Origin: Candidatus Ozemobacteraceae bacterium
Lineage (GTDB): Bacteria; Muiribacteriota; Ozemobacteria; Ozemobacterales; Ozemobacteraceae
Assembly (NCBI GenBank): GCA_965140445.1
Contig: OZ223236.1
Span: 32,001-96,000 of the forward strand
Direction: 5' to 3'
Length of the DNA: 64,000 bases
Shown: piece by piece, positions 48,130 to 58,459 of the stretch
Numbering within the stretch: the stretch's first letter is position 1
How the letters are laid out: each line of letters begins with the position of its first letter
The notes under the pieces: model-generated
What the model was told of the DNA's origin: nothing
The model's input: only the letters and a program-made list of their open reading frames with translations
Database searches by the model: none
Translations under genes and position numbers: made by a program

Positions 48130-48762
48130 ATGAATACCACAGAAATAATCGGGTATATTGGTTCATTACTTGTCGCTGTTTCGCTTAGTATGAAATCTGT
48201 TTGGCGGCTACGTTGGATCAATCTATTTGGCAGTTCATTTTTTGCTATTTATGGCTATTTAATAGGTGCTTTGCCAATTCTAATAGTAAATTCGTATATA
48301 GCTATTATGAATGTCTGGTACATCGTTGATTATTCCAGAAATGCAGCGTGCCTAAGCTTTGATTCAGTTAAAAGCCTCGGCGAAAACTACTTTCAGCGAT
48401 TTTACAATTTCTATGAAGATGATATCAGGGCATTTTTTCCAGAAGTATCCTTTAATGAACTAACGGAAGCTGAAACTTCCATCCTTTTTCGAAATATGAT
48501 CCCGGTTGGAATTTTCTCAATCCATTCCGCTTCAGAAGGTCGAGCCAAGATAATCATGGATTATCTGGTTCCGGAGTTCAGAGACTTCCGGTTCGGAAAA
48601 TTTATCTATATGAAAAAATCCTACGTGTTTAGAGATAGAAAAATAAATATCTTAGAGGCTAACACAGAGATTAAGGCGCACAAAGACTACTTAATCAAGC
48701 TTGGATTTATGGTAAACAAACAAAACGAAAATGGTGGCTGGAAATTAGAAAAGAAAGTTTAG
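48130..48762 (+). CDS. YgjV-like inner-membrane protein with a soluble C-terminal domain
   Basis: IGYIGSLLVAVSL..LRWINLFGS..FAIYG TM bundle; DYLVPEFRDF..G tail. Confidence 0.7.
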   Translation: MNTTEIIGYIGSLLVAVSLSMKSVWRLRWINLFGSSFFAIYGYLIGALPILIVNSYIAIMNVWYIVDYSRNAACLSFDSVKSLGENYFQRFYNFYEDDIRAFFPEVSFNELTEAETSILFRNMIPVGIFSIHSASEGRAKIIMDYLVPEFRDFRFGKFIYMKKSYVFRDRKINILEANTEIKAHKDYLIKLGFMVNKQNENGGWKLEKKV

Positions 48763-48890
48763 ATTTCACCGCCATCTTAACGAGATGGCATAACTCAAAC
48801 CTTGATTTTTTCAATATAACTCTGCTAATTTGAGGTAGGAAAAATCAGATATAATTAATTCTATATATATTTTGTTTTAGAGAGGTTTTA

Positions 48891-50321
48891 ATGACAGAGA
48901 AGCCTTCGTATTCTGAGCTTGAAAAAAGAGTTCAGGAGCTTGAAAATAATCTTGAACAGCAAATCCAGCAAGGGCAGATACTTAAGCTCCTTGAAGTGTT
49001 ACTCAACACTATTCCCAGCCCTATCTTTCATAAAAATAAAGAAGGAATATATCAAAATTGCAATAGAGCTTTTTCTGAAAAAATCCTTGGCGTCCCAAGA
49101 AACGAAATCATAGGAAAAAGTCTTTTTGACATGCCAAAATTAGTCCCACCAGAAATGGCAAAGATTTACCATGAACAAGATTTAGAGTTAATGATCTCTG
49201 GGGGAATCCAGATTTATGAAGCACAGGTTCTCTGCAAAGACGGAGTAAAGAGAGACTATCTATTCAATAAAACTGTCGTCAAAGATTCCAGAGGCGAAAA
49301 TGTGGGAATCATAGGCGTAATGATTGATATCACTCAACGCATTGAATTTGAAAAGAAATTGCTGCAAAGCGAAGAAAGATTCAAATGCTTACTTGAAGCT
49401 TCTTTTGGTGGAATTGGAATACATGATAATGGAACAATTATTGACGTAAATAATAGCATGGCCGAATTAACAGGCTATAGCCCCGAAGAATTAATCGGAA
49501 TAAACGCCCTAGAACTTATTGCTCCAGAAGACCGTTCATTCGTAAAACAAAGAATTGAAAAACATACTTCAAGCACCTATGAAACGCTTGGACTGAGGAA
49601 ATCAGGAGAAACCTATCCCATGGAAATCAGGGGAAAGACCATCCCATATCAGAACAAGAGAGTAAGAGTATTTGAGTTTAGGGACATATCAGAAGCAAAA
49701 GCCAAACTAAGAGTTAAAGAAAGACTATTTTCAGAATATGAAACAATTTTTGAGAACAGCTCAGTTGGAATCCTCGTTCTAAAAAACGGCCGCTTTTTCT
49801 ACAAAGTTAACAACAGATTTTCTGAAATTTTTGGATTCAGCGAAGAAGAAGTAAAAGGGCAAAGCGTAAGATTAATCCACATTGATGAAAATAGTTTTGT
49901 TAATTTTGGAAATGAACATTTTGACAGATTAAGAAGTGGTAACAGAATTCTAGTCGATTACAAGTTATTAACCAAAAATCGAGGCCCAATCTGGTGCAAC
50001 CTTTATGGAAAAGCTATTTCCCCCCCAAACATCGACGATGGAGTTGTTTGGATCATAGAAGACATAAACGAAAAGAAACTATTAGAAGAAGAAAAAGAAA
50101 GAGTTCACAATGAACTGGAACAAGCCCTTAACAACATTAAAACTCTTGAAGGAATGCTTGCCATTTGTGCTAATTGCAAGAAAATCAGAACAAATGAGGG
50201 AGAATGGGACAGAATCGAAAAATACATTAGTGAAAGATCAAATGCTGAATTTAGTCATAGCATCTGCCCTGAATGCATGATTAAACTTTACGGAGAAGAA
50301 TTCGCTAAAGAAAAAAAATAG
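48891..50321 (+). CDS. Three-PAS sensor with C-terminal Cys/His motif and no enzymatic output
   Basis: Three PAS repeats; tail LAICANCKKIR...W...FSHSICPEC. Confidence 0.85.
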   Translation: MTEKPSYSELEKRVQELENNLEQQIQQGQILKLLEVLLNTIPSPIFHKNKEGIYQNCNRAFSEKILGVPRNEIIGKSLFDMPKLVPPEMAKIYHEQDLELMISGGIQIYEAQVLCKDGVKRDYLFNKTVVKDSRGENVGIIGVMIDITQRIEFEKKLLQSEERFKCLLEASFGGIGIHDNGTIIDVNNSMAELTGYSPEELIGINALELIAPEDRSFVKQRIEKHTSSTYETLGLRKSGETYPMEIRGKTIPYQNKRVRVFEFRDISEAKAKLRVKERLFSEYETIFENSSVGILVLKNGRFFYKVNNRFSEIFGFSEEEVKGQSVRLIHIDENSFVNFGNEHFDRLRSGNRILVDYKLLTKNRGPIWCNLYGKAISPPNIDDGVVWIIEDINEKKLLEEEKERVHNELEQALNNIKTLEGMLAICANCKKIRTNEGEWDRIEKYISERSNAEFSHSICPECMIKLYGEEFAKEKK

Positions 50322-50359
50322 CAACAGAGAGACTATCCGGTTTGAATAAACAAATAACA

Positions 50360-50521
50360 ATGCGATGTTCCAATTGCAAAAAGGTTTTTAAAACACTAAT
50401 TACTGGAAATCCAGAATCAGATATCGATATATTTGGAAATCCAATAAAGGTTGAAGAAAAAAACAACTGCCCTTTCTGCAACTCTTCAAATGTCTGCGAG
50501 ATCAGCCCTCAACAAGATTAA
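50360..50521 (+). CDS. Small zinc-ribbon protein (53 aa; possible TTG start at 50342)
   Basis: Not in the ORF track: MRCSNCKKVFKTLITGNPESDIDIFGNPIKVEEKNNCPFCNSSNVCEISPQQD, with CxxC...CPxC. Confidence 0.65.
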   Translation: MRCSNCKKVFKTLITGNPESDIDIFGNPIKVEEKNNCPFCNSSNVCEISPQQD

Positions 50522-50753
50522 TCCAGCTCCCAAAAAAACTCTTTTTATTATAAAAAAACTCATACGTGACAAGTTTTATGCATATTTCTTAACATTTATT
50601 TACCCCCATAAGCCGCTCGCACAAAGAAACACAAGCCTCGTCTTAAAAAAAATTAACAAAAGGGGTTACGGGTTTTAAATTTCATTCTTATAATAAAAAT
50701 CAACAAGCAAGGACAAGCGTCCTTAAATAAGAAAACCTCGGAGGTTATGAGTA

Positions 50754-51170
50754 ATGAGTAAAATGTATAAGACCCTCGCAGTTCTTCTTCTCTCTCTTGG
50801 ACTTTTCGTATTCGGCGCCAACAATGAAACAATTGCTAAGAGCAAAAAGAAAGCAAGCTGGATCAAGAAAACAGTTAGAAAAGCCAAAAGAAAAATCAAA
50901 AAAACAGTCAAAAAAACAAGAAGAGCAGTTGTAAAAGCTGGTGCTTCTGTAACAAATAAAGTTGTAGACTCTGCTGTTAAAGCAAAAAGCAAAATCACAA
51001 GAAAAAAAGCCAAAAAGACTTGGGTAAAAGGCCATTACAAAAAAGGTAACAAAAAACATACCAAAGGCCATTTCAGAAAAGTTAGCAAAAAAGGAAAAAG
51101 AAAAAGTTCAAAAAGCTCAGCGTCAGCTGGCCAGCCACTTCCTTCAATGCCTAGCTTCAGCAAATCATAA
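50754..51170 (+). CDS. Exported lysine-rich protein
   Basis: GGAGG upstream, signal-like N-terminus, about 44 K/R against 2 D/E, own terminator. Confidence 0.8.
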   Translation: MSKMYKTLAVLLLSLGLFVFGANNETIAKSKKKASWIKKTVRKAKRKIKKTVKKTRRAVVKAGASVTNKVVDSAVKAKSKITRKKAKKTWVKGHYKKGNKKHTKGHFRKVSKKGKRKSSKSSASAGQPLPSMPSFSKS

Positions 51171-51181
51171 AATACTAATTT

Positions 51182-51220
51182 AAGAGAGCTGCCAAAAAAA
51201 ATTGGCAGCTCTCTTTGTTT
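51182..51220 (+). terminator. Intrinsic terminator
   Basis: AAGAGAGCTGCCAA/TTGGCAGCTCTCTT followed by TGTTT. Confidence 0.85.
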
Positions 51221-51237
51221 TAGGAGGAATGACTTGA

Positions 51238-51699
51238 ATGATGAAAATCGTTGAACCAGAATTAAATCTTGGAAAAGAATGTGAAAAAATATTAAGACAG
51301 CTTCCAGACTGGTTTGGCATTGAAAAAGCAATCCAAAACTATGCTAAAGAGATTGATACATTGCCAACTTTTCTTGTAAAAAAAGAGGAAGAAATTATTG
51401 GATTTTTATCCATAAAAATTCACTTTTCAACCTCTGCAGAAATTTATGTAATGGGGCTTAAATCTGATTATCATCGCAAAGGAATTGGAGAAAAGCTTGT
51501 CAGATCCACCTTTAGATATTTAAAACAAAACGGTGTGGACTTTATACAAGTAAAAACATTGAGCCCATCAAGAGAATGCAAAGAGTATGAAAAAACAAGA
51601 AAGTTTTATCTAAAACTTGGCTTTTCTCCGTTAGAAGAGTTCAAAGAGCTATGGGGAATAGAAAATCCATGCCTAATGCTTGTAAAAAGTTTGCAGTAA
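51238..51699 (+). CDS. GNAT N-acetyltransferase
   Basis: LPDWFG, YHRKGIGEKL, QVKTL, FYLKLGF motifs. Confidence 0.9.
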   Translation: MMKIVEPELNLGKECEKILRQLPDWFGIEKAIQNYAKEIDTLPTFLVKKEEEIIGFLSIKIHFSTSAEIYVMGLKSDYHRKGIGEKLVRSTFRYLKQNGVDFIQVKTLSPSRECKEYEKTRKFYLKLGFSPLEEFKELWGIENPCLMLVKSLQ

Positions 51700-51759
51700 A
51701 ACTTGTAAGTTAAAAAAAACAGTTCTATGCTAGAAAAAACTAAACTTCGGAGAAAGTTA

Positions 51760-52200
51760 ATGACATCAATCAGAGGACAGATCCAAAAAGGCATGGGAGA
51801 GTCACAAAACACCGTACATGAGCAAATGCCGTATTTTAAAAAATGTTTCCCTGAAGTAGCTTGCTGCAAAGAAGGAACCATTAATATTCTCCTTGAAAAA
51901 CCTCTGGTAATAATCAGCCCGGACTTCACGACAGAACCACTACCATGGCACCCTGCGTTCAGAATCGTAAAAGGCGGAGAAGTTTTTAAATTCCTTAGAA
52001 TCAAACTGACCGTTGACAACTGCGAACCGGTAGAAGCCTGGATATATAAAGCGCAGTTCTCTCCATACCACGACAACCCATTCTACGTTGAAGTTCTCGC
52101 CCCACCAATTGGCTTTAAAGGAACTCCAGGATGTAATGTGGAAGTTGTAAGCGAATGTTATGAAGGCTTAGTCGTAGTGGGCGATTCTGAAAGATCTTAA
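51760..52200 (+). CDS. Hypothetical protein resembling CTP-dependent riboflavin kinase (RIFT barrel)
   Basis: IRGQIQKGMGES...EGTINILL...YH...VEVLAP. Start re-placed at ATG 51760 after GGAG. Confidence 0.5.
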   Translation: MTSIRGQIQKGMGESQNTVHEQMPYFKKCFPEVACCKEGTINILLEKPLVIISPDFTTEPLPWHPAFRIVKGGEVFKFLRIKLTVDNCEPVEAWIYKAQFSPYHDNPFYVEVLAPPIGFKGTPGCNVEVVSECYEGLVVVGDSERS

Positions 52201-52294
52201 AAAAGACTTGCTCCAAAATGAAAATTTAACTCCTAAGTAAATCTTTGGAAACAATAATAAATAAAAAAATTTGAGAGAAATTTAGAGGAAAAAA

Positions 52295-53179
52295 ATGGAG
52301 TTACGAAAAATAGGAAATGGGGTTTTCTATTTTCCAGGTCCGGTAAATGTTGGCATGGTCAGCTTTGGGAACAGCCAGGTCATATTAATTGACTCAGGAA
52401 TTGATGCAAGACAAGCCAAAATCATTTACGAAATCATCAAAGATAATAAATATGAATTAACCCACATACTGAACACCCACTCGCATGCAGACCACATTGG
52501 CGGAAACCATTACCTGCAAAAAAAAACAGGCTGTAAAATTCTTGCTTCGCCGTTAGAAACTCCCTCAATTAGGCAACCGCTAATACAATCAGCTGTCTTA
52601 TTTGGTGGAGCACCAATACCAGACCTTTTAAACAGGTTCATTAACGCCAATCCTTCCGTAGTGGAACCATTTAATGATGAAATTTTAGAAATTAACGGAG
52701 GAGCCATTGAAGTCCTGGATCTTCCCGGGCACTCAATAAACCAAAAAGGTTTTAAAATCGGCGATGTTGCCTTTATCTCCGACACCCTTTTTCAGGAAGC
52801 CTTTTTTGCAAAACAACAAGTACCCTTTAATTATGATCCAATAATGCACCTGCAAACTATCGAAAATCTAAAAAAAATAGAAGCAAAAACATATATTGGC
52901 GGTCACTTCCAACCAATTGAAGATATTGGGAAAATGATTGAAGTAAACAAAAGACAGATAAATAAAGCTCTGGATTTTCTGGTTGAGCTATTAAAAATCC
53001 CCCATCCACAAGACAGAGTAACCAAAGCTTTCATGCAAAAATTCAATATTCAGGCAAAAAAGCCATGGCAATATTTTTTATTCAGAGCAACCGTAAACGG
53101 ATATTTATCTTCTCTTTTCAAACACGGAAAGATAAAATATAAAATCATAGATTATTTATTAATGTGGTATAGCCTTTGA
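52295..53179 (+). CDS. Metallo-beta-lactamase-fold hydrolase
   Basis: LIDSG, THSHADHIGG, LPGHS, GGH motifs. Confidence 0.92.
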   Translation: MELRKIGNGVFYFPGPVNVGMVSFGNSQVILIDSGIDARQAKIIYEIIKDNKYELTHILNTHSHADHIGGNHYLQKKTGCKILASPLETPSIRQPLIQSAVLFGGAPIPDLLNRFINANPSVVEPFNDEILEINGGAIEVLDLPGHSINQKGFKIGDVAFISDTLFQEAFFAKQQVPFNYDPIMHLQTIENLKKIEAKTYIGGHFQPIEDIGKMIEVNKRQINKALDFLVELLKIPHPQDRVTKAFMQKFNIQAKKPWQYFLFRATVNGYLSSLFKHGKIKYKIIDYLLMWYSL

Positions 53180-53571
53180 AATCACCTGTAAAATTCCTTG
53201 TTACAAGCCTGTTTTGCGCATTAACGATTAGCCTCGCAAGTCAAACAATGTCGAGGTGGATGTCCATCCCAAAAACATCATCCGGTTCAATAAAAAGCAA
53301 CCCTCTTGCAGGAAAGCAAATAGATGATTTGCGATTTAAGTTTGACTATCAACCCATCCCTACCAGGAGCATTTCAAGAATCATTAAAAGAAAATTCAAG
53401 GAAACCTATCAAAAGCCACCAGTTGCAACCCAGACTGAAGACAAAATAGACATTAGCAAAGCCACTATTTTGCTCGAAAAACTTCAATTGGAAGCCGAGG
53501 CGGGAATTACGGAAATTGCTTCAAAATCCAACAAAATAGGAATTGGAACTGCACCACAATCACTTTTTTAG
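53176..53571 (+). CDS. Hypothetical exported protein
   Basis: Signal-like N-terminus; TTGA overlap with the upstream gene. Confidence 0.55.
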   Translation: MKSPVKFLVTSLFCALTISLASQTMSRWMSIPKTSSGSIKSNPLAGKQIDDLRFKFDYQPIPTRSISRIIKRKFKETYQKPPVATQTEDKIDISKATILLEKLQLEAEAGITEIASKSNKIGIGTAPQSLF

Positions 53572-53849
53572 CAATCCTCAGAATCATCAGACTTTTCGCT
53601 AAAACATCTTTTACATAAAAGCGAGCTGCTCTCAACAACCTTAAAGTAAGTTATAAATTTCTTCCCACACCCATCACAAATCGCCGATTTATCTTTTGTA
53701 GGAAAATTCCTCAACTCTCCAATAAATAACTTCCAGCATTCGGTGCATCGTTTTTTTTCAGGAAAAAAATTCAATCCGGAAAAAACGGACAAAAGCCCTT
53801 CAGAGAAGACAAACCCACACCCGCAATCACAGCATTTTACTTTATCCAT
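53568..53849 (-). CDS. Double zinc-ribbon (CxxC-x17-CxxC type) protein
   Basis: CCDCG..FVFS..., KRCTEC, ICDGCG, LLCKRCF. Confidence 0.75.
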   Translation of the reverse strand: MDKVKCCDCGCGFVFSEGLLSVFSGLNFFPEKKRCTECWKLFIGELRNFPTKDKSAICDGCGKKFITYFKVVESSSLLCKRCFSEKSDDSEDC

Positions 53850-53952
53850 AACAATTAAAGAGAGTTCCTTTAAGATTAAAACAACCTTGAGTCATAAAAA
53901 TTTATCTGCTAGAATAATTTTAACATCAAAATCCTTAGCAAACTGGCGAAAA

Positions 53953-55092
53953 ATGAAAACTTATAAGGTAATAATTCCATATAGCGAGTCTGCATCACCC
54001 AAAAAAAGATTTAAAATTGAGTATACAGTTGAAGCTACAAATAGAGCAACCGCACTTGAAAAAGCTGAAAAAGAGTTTAACGCTTATACAAACTACAACA
54101 GTGCATCGTGGACCCGCAACATCGAGCGAGATAACATAAGAATCTGGAAAATCATCCCCGATCTTCCGCAAACCCCTATGTCAATCGACGAATTGGCTGA
54201 CAATCTTCAGTCAGACGATGAAGACATTGTATACAATAATCTTAAGGCGCTTGGAGAAATAGAAGATTCTTCCGCAAGCTCTCAAATTTTAAGACTTTTT
54301 TCACACAAAAATCCAGAACTAGTAGCCCTGGCGATTGAAACACTAGGATTAATCGGAGACCCTACCAACCTCCACGCAATCATGGGAAAATTTTCCAAAA
54401 GCAGCCACGCAAGAGTAAAGGCCTGCATACTGACTGCGGTTGGCAAATTGGCCACCACAGAAGATTCCGTTATTAAATTCCTGGCAGACGCACTTAACGA
54501 CGAAGATTCCAGAGTTAGAGCAAATGCTGTTGAAGCAATAGAAAAGCTTCAAACCAATAAACTAACAGAAATTCTTTTACCAAAACTAAAAGACGAAGAC
54601 AACAGAGTAAAAGCCAATGTAATAAAAGCACTCTGGAATAAACACGAAAACACGGATTTACTGGAAGCATTGCAACAAATGGCTTGCGACGAGAACCCGT
54701 GGATGAGAACCTCCGCAGCCTTTGTTCTGAGTAAAGTTGAAATACCCGGCAGAGTAGAGCTTCTTTTCACTCTAGCCTCTGACAACCATCCAAAGGTTAA
54801 AGAAAATTCAAAAAAAGCAATAATGGAAATGGAAGAAATTGCCTGCATTCCATACTGGCTAGAAATAATTGAATCCCCGGAAGACATGACACTGATATCA
54901 GAAAAAATATCAAAACTTGGTCAGGCTGCTATCGGCCCACTTTTGTCCTATTCGGCAACAAACAAAGATACTGCCAGCAGAGCAAACAAGCTACTAGACA
55001 TGCTGGAACAACAGGTGTTAAGCAGCAAAGGTTGGATAAGCTGGTTAAAAACCAAACAAAAACGCCTTTTCAAAAACAAAGATCCGGAATAA
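53953..55092 (+). CDS. HEAT-repeat protein
   Basis: Repeats LNDEDSRVRANAVEAI, LKDEDNRVKANVIKAL, DENPWMRTSAAFVL. Start re-placed at ATG 53953. Confidence 0.85.
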   Translation: MKTYKVIIPYSESASPKKRFKIEYTVEATNRATALEKAEKEFNAYTNYNSASWTRNIERDNIRIWKIIPDLPQTPMSIDELADNLQSDDEDIVYNNLKALGEIEDSSASSQILRLFSHKNPELVALAIETLGLIGDPTNLHAIMGKFSKSSHARVKACILTAVGKLATTEDSVIKFLADALNDEDSRVRANAVEAIEKLQTNKLTEILLPKLKDEDNRVKANVIKALWNKHENTDLLEALQQMACDENPWMRTSAAFVLSKVEIPGRVELLFTLASDNHPKVKENSKKAIMEMEEIACIPYWLEIIESPEDMTLISEKISKLGQAAIGPLLSYSATNKDTASRANKLLDMLEQQVLSSKGWISWLKTKQKRLFKNKDPE

Positions 55093-55231
55093 TCATAGAA
55101 TAAAAATGCCCACAGAAACACAGATGTACACAAACTCTAAGAGTTAATTGATTAAGGGAACATGTTGTGGTAGCATGGCAGTCGGAAAATAATATTACAC
55201 TATCATTTAAGCAATAAAATAGGTCGGGAAT

Positions 55232-57199
55232 ATGAAAGAACAACCTCCAAAGGGAAAAACTCTAGCACTTTACGCAATATTATTAATAATAATGTTGATC
55301 ACGTTTACCAACATCGCCAACACGAAAAAAATTGCGAAACTAACTTATTCTGATTTTTTGAAAATAGTTCAAGGCGAAGATAAAAGTAAAATTATCCTCC
55401 GTTTAAAAATAGACGGAAGAGAAATTACCGGTAGATACCAGAAACAAGTAACTATTGGCACAGACGAAGAAGCTACTGCAACAGATTTCATGACCGTAAC
55501 CCCTGAAGATCCAGGGCTAATGAAAATTATCCGCGACAGCAAAATTCCAGTTGAAGCAGAACCGCCAGAACAAATGTCTTGGTGGCTCAGCCTGCTTATC
55601 AACTGGTTCCCTTTCATATTACTCATTGGAGCATGGCTATACATCCTGCAGAAAATGCAGGGTGGCGGCGCAAAAGCATTAAGCTTTGGAAAAAGCAGAG
55701 CAAGAATTGTTGATCCAACAGAAAAAAGAGTTCTTTTTAAGGATGTTGCAGGTGTTAATGAAGCAAAAGAGGACCTCCTTGAGGTTGTCGAATTCCTTAA
55801 AGAGCACACCAAATTCACAGAGCTAGGCGCAAAAATCCCTAGAGGCGTCCTCCTATTTGGCCCTCCAGGCACAGGAAAAACACTCCTGGCAAAAGCCGTA
55901 GCCGGAGAAGCAAACGTCCCGTTCTTCAACATTTCCGGATCAGAATTCGTGGAAATGTTCGTTGGAGTTGGTGCGTCCAGAGTTAGAGATCTATTTGAAC
56001 AGGCCAGAAAAAACGCCCCATGTATCATCTTCATGGACGAAATTGATGCCGTAGGTAGACAACGTGGCGCAGGCCTTGGCGGCGGTCACGATGAAAGAGA
56101 ACAAACATTAAATCAGCTTCTCGTTGAAATGGACGGCTTCGACAATACAAAAGGAATAATCCTGGTTGCAGCAACGAACAGACCAGACGTTCTGGACCCA
56201 GCGCTTCTTAGACCGGGAAGATTCGACAGAAGAATCGTCGTGGATCAGCCAGACATACAGGGCAGAGAAGAAATTTTGAAGATTCACGTAAGAGATAAAC
56301 CCATTGCAGATGACGTTGATCTTTCAATCCTGGCACGTAGAACCCCTGGATTTGTGGGAGCAGACTTAGCAAACCTCACAAACGAGGCCGCAATTCTTGC
56401 CGCTAGACACGACAGAAAAATAGTTATAATGGAAGACTTTGAAGCCTCTATTGACAAGGTTATAGCTGGCTCAGAACGAAAAAGCAGAATTATTTCAGAA
56501 AAAGAAAAAACCAATACTGCTTACCATGAAATGGGACATGCACTTGTAGCAGCACACATCCCTGGCACCGATCCGGTTCATAAAATAACCATCATCCCAA
56601 GAGGAATGGCTCTAGGGCTAACAATGCAACTGCCTGTTGAAGACAGATTAACCGTTTCAAAAACTCAACTATTTCATCAAATTTGCATATTGCTAGGTGG
56701 ACGAGTTGCGGAAGAAATCATATTTGAAGAGCTCACTTCCGGAGCAAGCAATGACATTATGCGGGCAACAAAAATTGCACGTAAAATGGTCTGCGAACTA
56801 GGCATGAGCACTGAAATTGGCCCCCTTCATCTAAGCGACGACAATCAAACGGTTTTCTTAGGCAGAGATTTCAACACAAGAAAAGATATTTCTGAGGAAA
56901 CTGCTCAAAAAATTGATAGTGAAGTTAGACTTCTTATCGATAATGCCTATAAAAAAGCTATGCAAATCTTGACCGACAACAAAGATCAGCTAATAAAAAT
57001 CTCCAAAATCCTCCTGGAAAGAGAAACCATCAATAGCAACGAATTTAAAGATCTTCTTGAAGGCAAAGAATTAGCTCCACTTCCTCCAAAAGAAATTAAA
57101 ACAGAAGAAACAACAGCTGCAAGCGACGAAGCAACCAAGCAGCCAGAAAAAGATAACGAAGAAACTACTACCAAGGAAGAAAGCTACGACAAGGGATGA
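55232..57199 (+). CDS. ftsH: ATP-dependent zinc metalloprotease FtsH
   Basis: Two TMs, [41 protein letters not shown]. Confidence 0.98.
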   Translation: MKEQPPKGKTLALYAILLIIMLITFTNIANTKKIAKLTYSDFLKIVQGEDKSKIILRLKIDGREITGRYQKQVTIGTDEEATATDFMTVTPEDPGLMKIIRDSKIPVEAEPPEQMSWWLSLLINWFPFILLIGAWLYILQKMQGGGAKALSFGKSRARIVDPTEKRVLFKDVAGVNEAKEDLLEVVEFLKEHTKFTELGAKIPRGVLLFGPPGTGKTLLAKAVAGEANVPFFNISGSEFVEMFVGVGASRVRDLFEQARKNAPCIIFMDEIDAVGRQRGAGLGGGHDEREQTLNQLLVEMDGFDNTKGIILVAATNRPDVLDPALLRPGRFDRRIVVDQPDIQGREEILKIHVRDKPIADDVDLSILARRTPGFVGADLANLTNEAAILAARHDRKIVIMEDFEASIDKVIAGSERKSRIISEKEKTNTAYHEMGHALVAAHIPGTDPVHKITIIPRGMALGLTMQLPVEDRLTVSKTQLFHQICILLGGRVAEEIIFEELTSGASNDIMRATKIARKMVCELGMSTEIGPLHLSDDNQTVFLGRDFNTRKDISEETAQKIDSEVRLLIDNAYKKAMQILTDNKDQLIKISKILLERETINSNEFKDLLEGKELAPLPPKEIKTEETTAASDEATKQPEKDNEETTTKEESYDKG

Positions 57200-58323
57200 G
57201 CAAATCAAGCACCCACCAAAAACGCTTTCTATTCATTTTTGGGACTCGCCCAGAAGTAGTAAAGATGGCTCCAGTCATCCTGGAAGCACAAAAACAGGAA
57301 GATGTTTCCGTAGAAATCCTCCACACCGGCCAACACCAGGAGCTGGCGGAGGAAATGCTTGAGCTGTTTAAAATTACTCCTACTCATCGCTTAAACGTAA
57401 TGCGCGAAAATCAGAGTCTTTTCGGACTCACCTCTCGCATAATGACTGGTCTTTCTGAAATAATCCCTAACGGCAATTTCGACATGATTTTTGTTCAAGG
57501 CGATACCTCCAGCGCTTTTCTAGGGGCACTGGCAGGCTTTTACAGCAAAGTCCCGGTTGCGCACATAGAAGCAGGTCTAAGAACAGACAACAGATACAAC
57601 CCGTTCCCTGAAGAAATAAATCGAAGACTGGTCTCTCCGCTGGCGTCACTAAATTTCACCCCAACCGATGGCTCCAAACAAAATTTGCTCAAAGAAAACA
57701 TCCCTGATAAAAGTATCATTACCACCGGCAACACCGTCATAGATGCGCTCTTACACTGCATAAACATACCACACCAAGCATCAGAAGAACTCACACGGCT
57801 ATTTAATAAAAAGAAATTTGCTCTCGTTACAACCCATAGAAGAGAGAACTTTGGAGCTCCTCACAAAGAAGTATTTGATGCGCTCCTAGAACTTGCAAAC
57901 ACCCACCAGGATTTGCATATATTATTCCCCGTTCATCCAAACCCAAACGTAAGAAAAGAAGTCAGTAAACACCTTAACAACCACCAACGAATACATCTAA
58001 CAGCCCCACTTGGCTACCTGGACTTCATTAATGCCATGAAAAACTGTTTCATGATCCTGTCAGACTCCGGGGGAGTCCAGGAAGAGGCTCCCACCCTAAA
58101 AAAACCTGTGCTAGTGCTACGAGAAACTACAGAGCGTCCAGAGGGTCTCCATACTGGCGCACTAAAACTTGTTGGAACAAATAAAGAGCAGATATTAAAA
58201 TACGCAAACAAGCTCTTAAACGACCCATCCTTCTACGATGAAATGACATCTAACCCTAACCCATACGGAGACGGCAAAGCTGCAGCCAGAATCATCGATT
58301 CCACTCTGAGCTTTTTAAAGTAG
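57196..58323 (+). CDS. wecB: UDP-N-acetylglucosamine 2-epimerase (non-hydrolysing)
   Basis: GTRPE, TGQH, QGDT, HIEAGLR, PFPEE, HRREN, SDSGGVQEE, TERPEG, YGDG motifs. Confidence 0.97.
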   Translation: MSKSSTHQKRFLFIFGTRPEVVKMAPVILEAQKQEDVSVEILHTGQHQELAEEMLELFKITPTHRLNVMRENQSLFGLTSRIMTGLSEIIPNGNFDMIFVQGDTSSAFLGALAGFYSKVPVAHIEAGLRTDNRYNPFPEEINRRLVSPLASLNFTPTDGSKQNLLKENIPDKSIITTGNTVIDALLHCINIPHQASEELTRLFNKKKFALVTTHRRENFGAPHKEVFDALLELANTHQDLHILFPVHPNPNVRKEVSKHLNNHQRIHLTAPLGYLDFINAMKNCFMILSDSGGVQEEAPTLKKPVLVLRETTERPEGLHTGALKLVGTNKEQILKYANKLLNDPSFYDEMTSNPNPYGDGKAAARIIDSTLSFLK

Positions 58324-58418
58324 CATCTTCTTCCTTACGCAAAACTGATTTTCCTCCCCTTTTTAAAACAAACAGCCTAAACAAGAGCAATCTCTCCCAC
58401 CAATAAACATACTCACAT

Positions 58419-58459
58419 AAAAGAACACGTCATATTTTTTCATGGCGTGTTCTTTTTTT
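58419..58459 (+). terminator. Terminator of ftsH-wecB
   Basis: AAAAGAACACGTCAT/ATGGCGTGTTCTTTT followed by a T-run. Confidence 0.8.

Noticed and set aside
50451..50678. 75-aa + strand ORF
   Set aside because: It overlaps the better-supported zinc-ribbon ORF in another frame and has no RBS or motif.
50723..51071. Two hydrophobic minus-strand ORFs
   Set aside because: They are antisense shadows of the A-rich lysine-rich gene.
53743..53952. N-terminal extension of the HEAT protein ORF
   Set aside because: It overlaps the opposite-strand zinc-ribbon gene; ATG 53953 is the likelier start.
55369..56034. 221-aa minus-strand ORF
   Set aside because: It is the antisense shadow of the conserved FtsH AAA domain.
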